From IMG/VR virus record IMGVR_UViG_3300006048_000003: a DNA stretch of 64,000 bases; one strand, 5' to 3'. How positions within the stretch are numbered: the stretch's first letter is position 1; each line of letters opens with the position of its first letter. The position numbers were made by a program, and so were the translations under genes. The DNA is from a virus. The notes under the pieces were generated by a model, which searched no databases, was not told the origin of the DNA, and was given only the letters and a program-made list of their open reading frames with translations. Of this stretch, positions 63,788 through 64,000 are shown one piece after another.

Positions 63788-64000
63788 AAATTGCACGACG
63801 CTCTGGTCGAATACGACGAACACGGAATTGCAACTGGATACCTGAAAAGTCTGAACCAAGCTCGTGAAGTTCTTGGACTACCGTCCTTGAAGGAGAGAGA
63901 TTAGTGGCAAAGAAAAAACAGAAGGGGATTGTCGTTCCACACTCGCCTGCCCCGTGGCGATGGCACGACAACGGACGGGACTTGCTAGACGCCAACGGGA

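Overview
This window is part of a large tailed-phage genome, nearly all on the minus strand. The host is probably a Planctomycete (Gemmataceae-like), inferred from at least 13 genes carrying a TIGR02996-like 'repeat-companion' domain. The left half is the head module: a Mu-like prohead protease/scaffold running off the window edge, a DUF935-type portal with a long C-terminal extension, TerL, TerS and a 1966-aa modular protein. The right half is replication and nucleotide metabolism: Hjc-like resolvase, RecA, gp32-like SSB, clamp loader, clamp, a split UDG-exonuclease/PolA, intein-containing ThyX, Dcd, DnaB-like helicase, RNase HI, primase, a tRNA-Arg and tRNA-like RNAs. The standout is a phage CRISPR locus (9.5-12.9 kb) with a Cas12m-like (type V-M/V-U1) effector whose three RuvC catalytic positions appear to be Ala, and a 7-repeat array with no cas1/cas2 in the window. 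In addition, I found about 20 dispersed, sequence-diverged copies of the 36-nt repeat across the window. All are oriented with local transcription. Most lie 14-34 nt upstream of a start codon and/or over the preceding stop codon, and one is in the 5' UTR of cas12m itself. The 6-bp stem and a 3-bp loop-tail pseudoknot are kept through compensatory and G-U changes. My inference is a regulon in which a nuclease-dead Cas12 recognises repeat-shaped RNA in the phage's own mRNAs. All family assignments come from motif recognition by eye, and many start codons are my re-calls; no database search was run.
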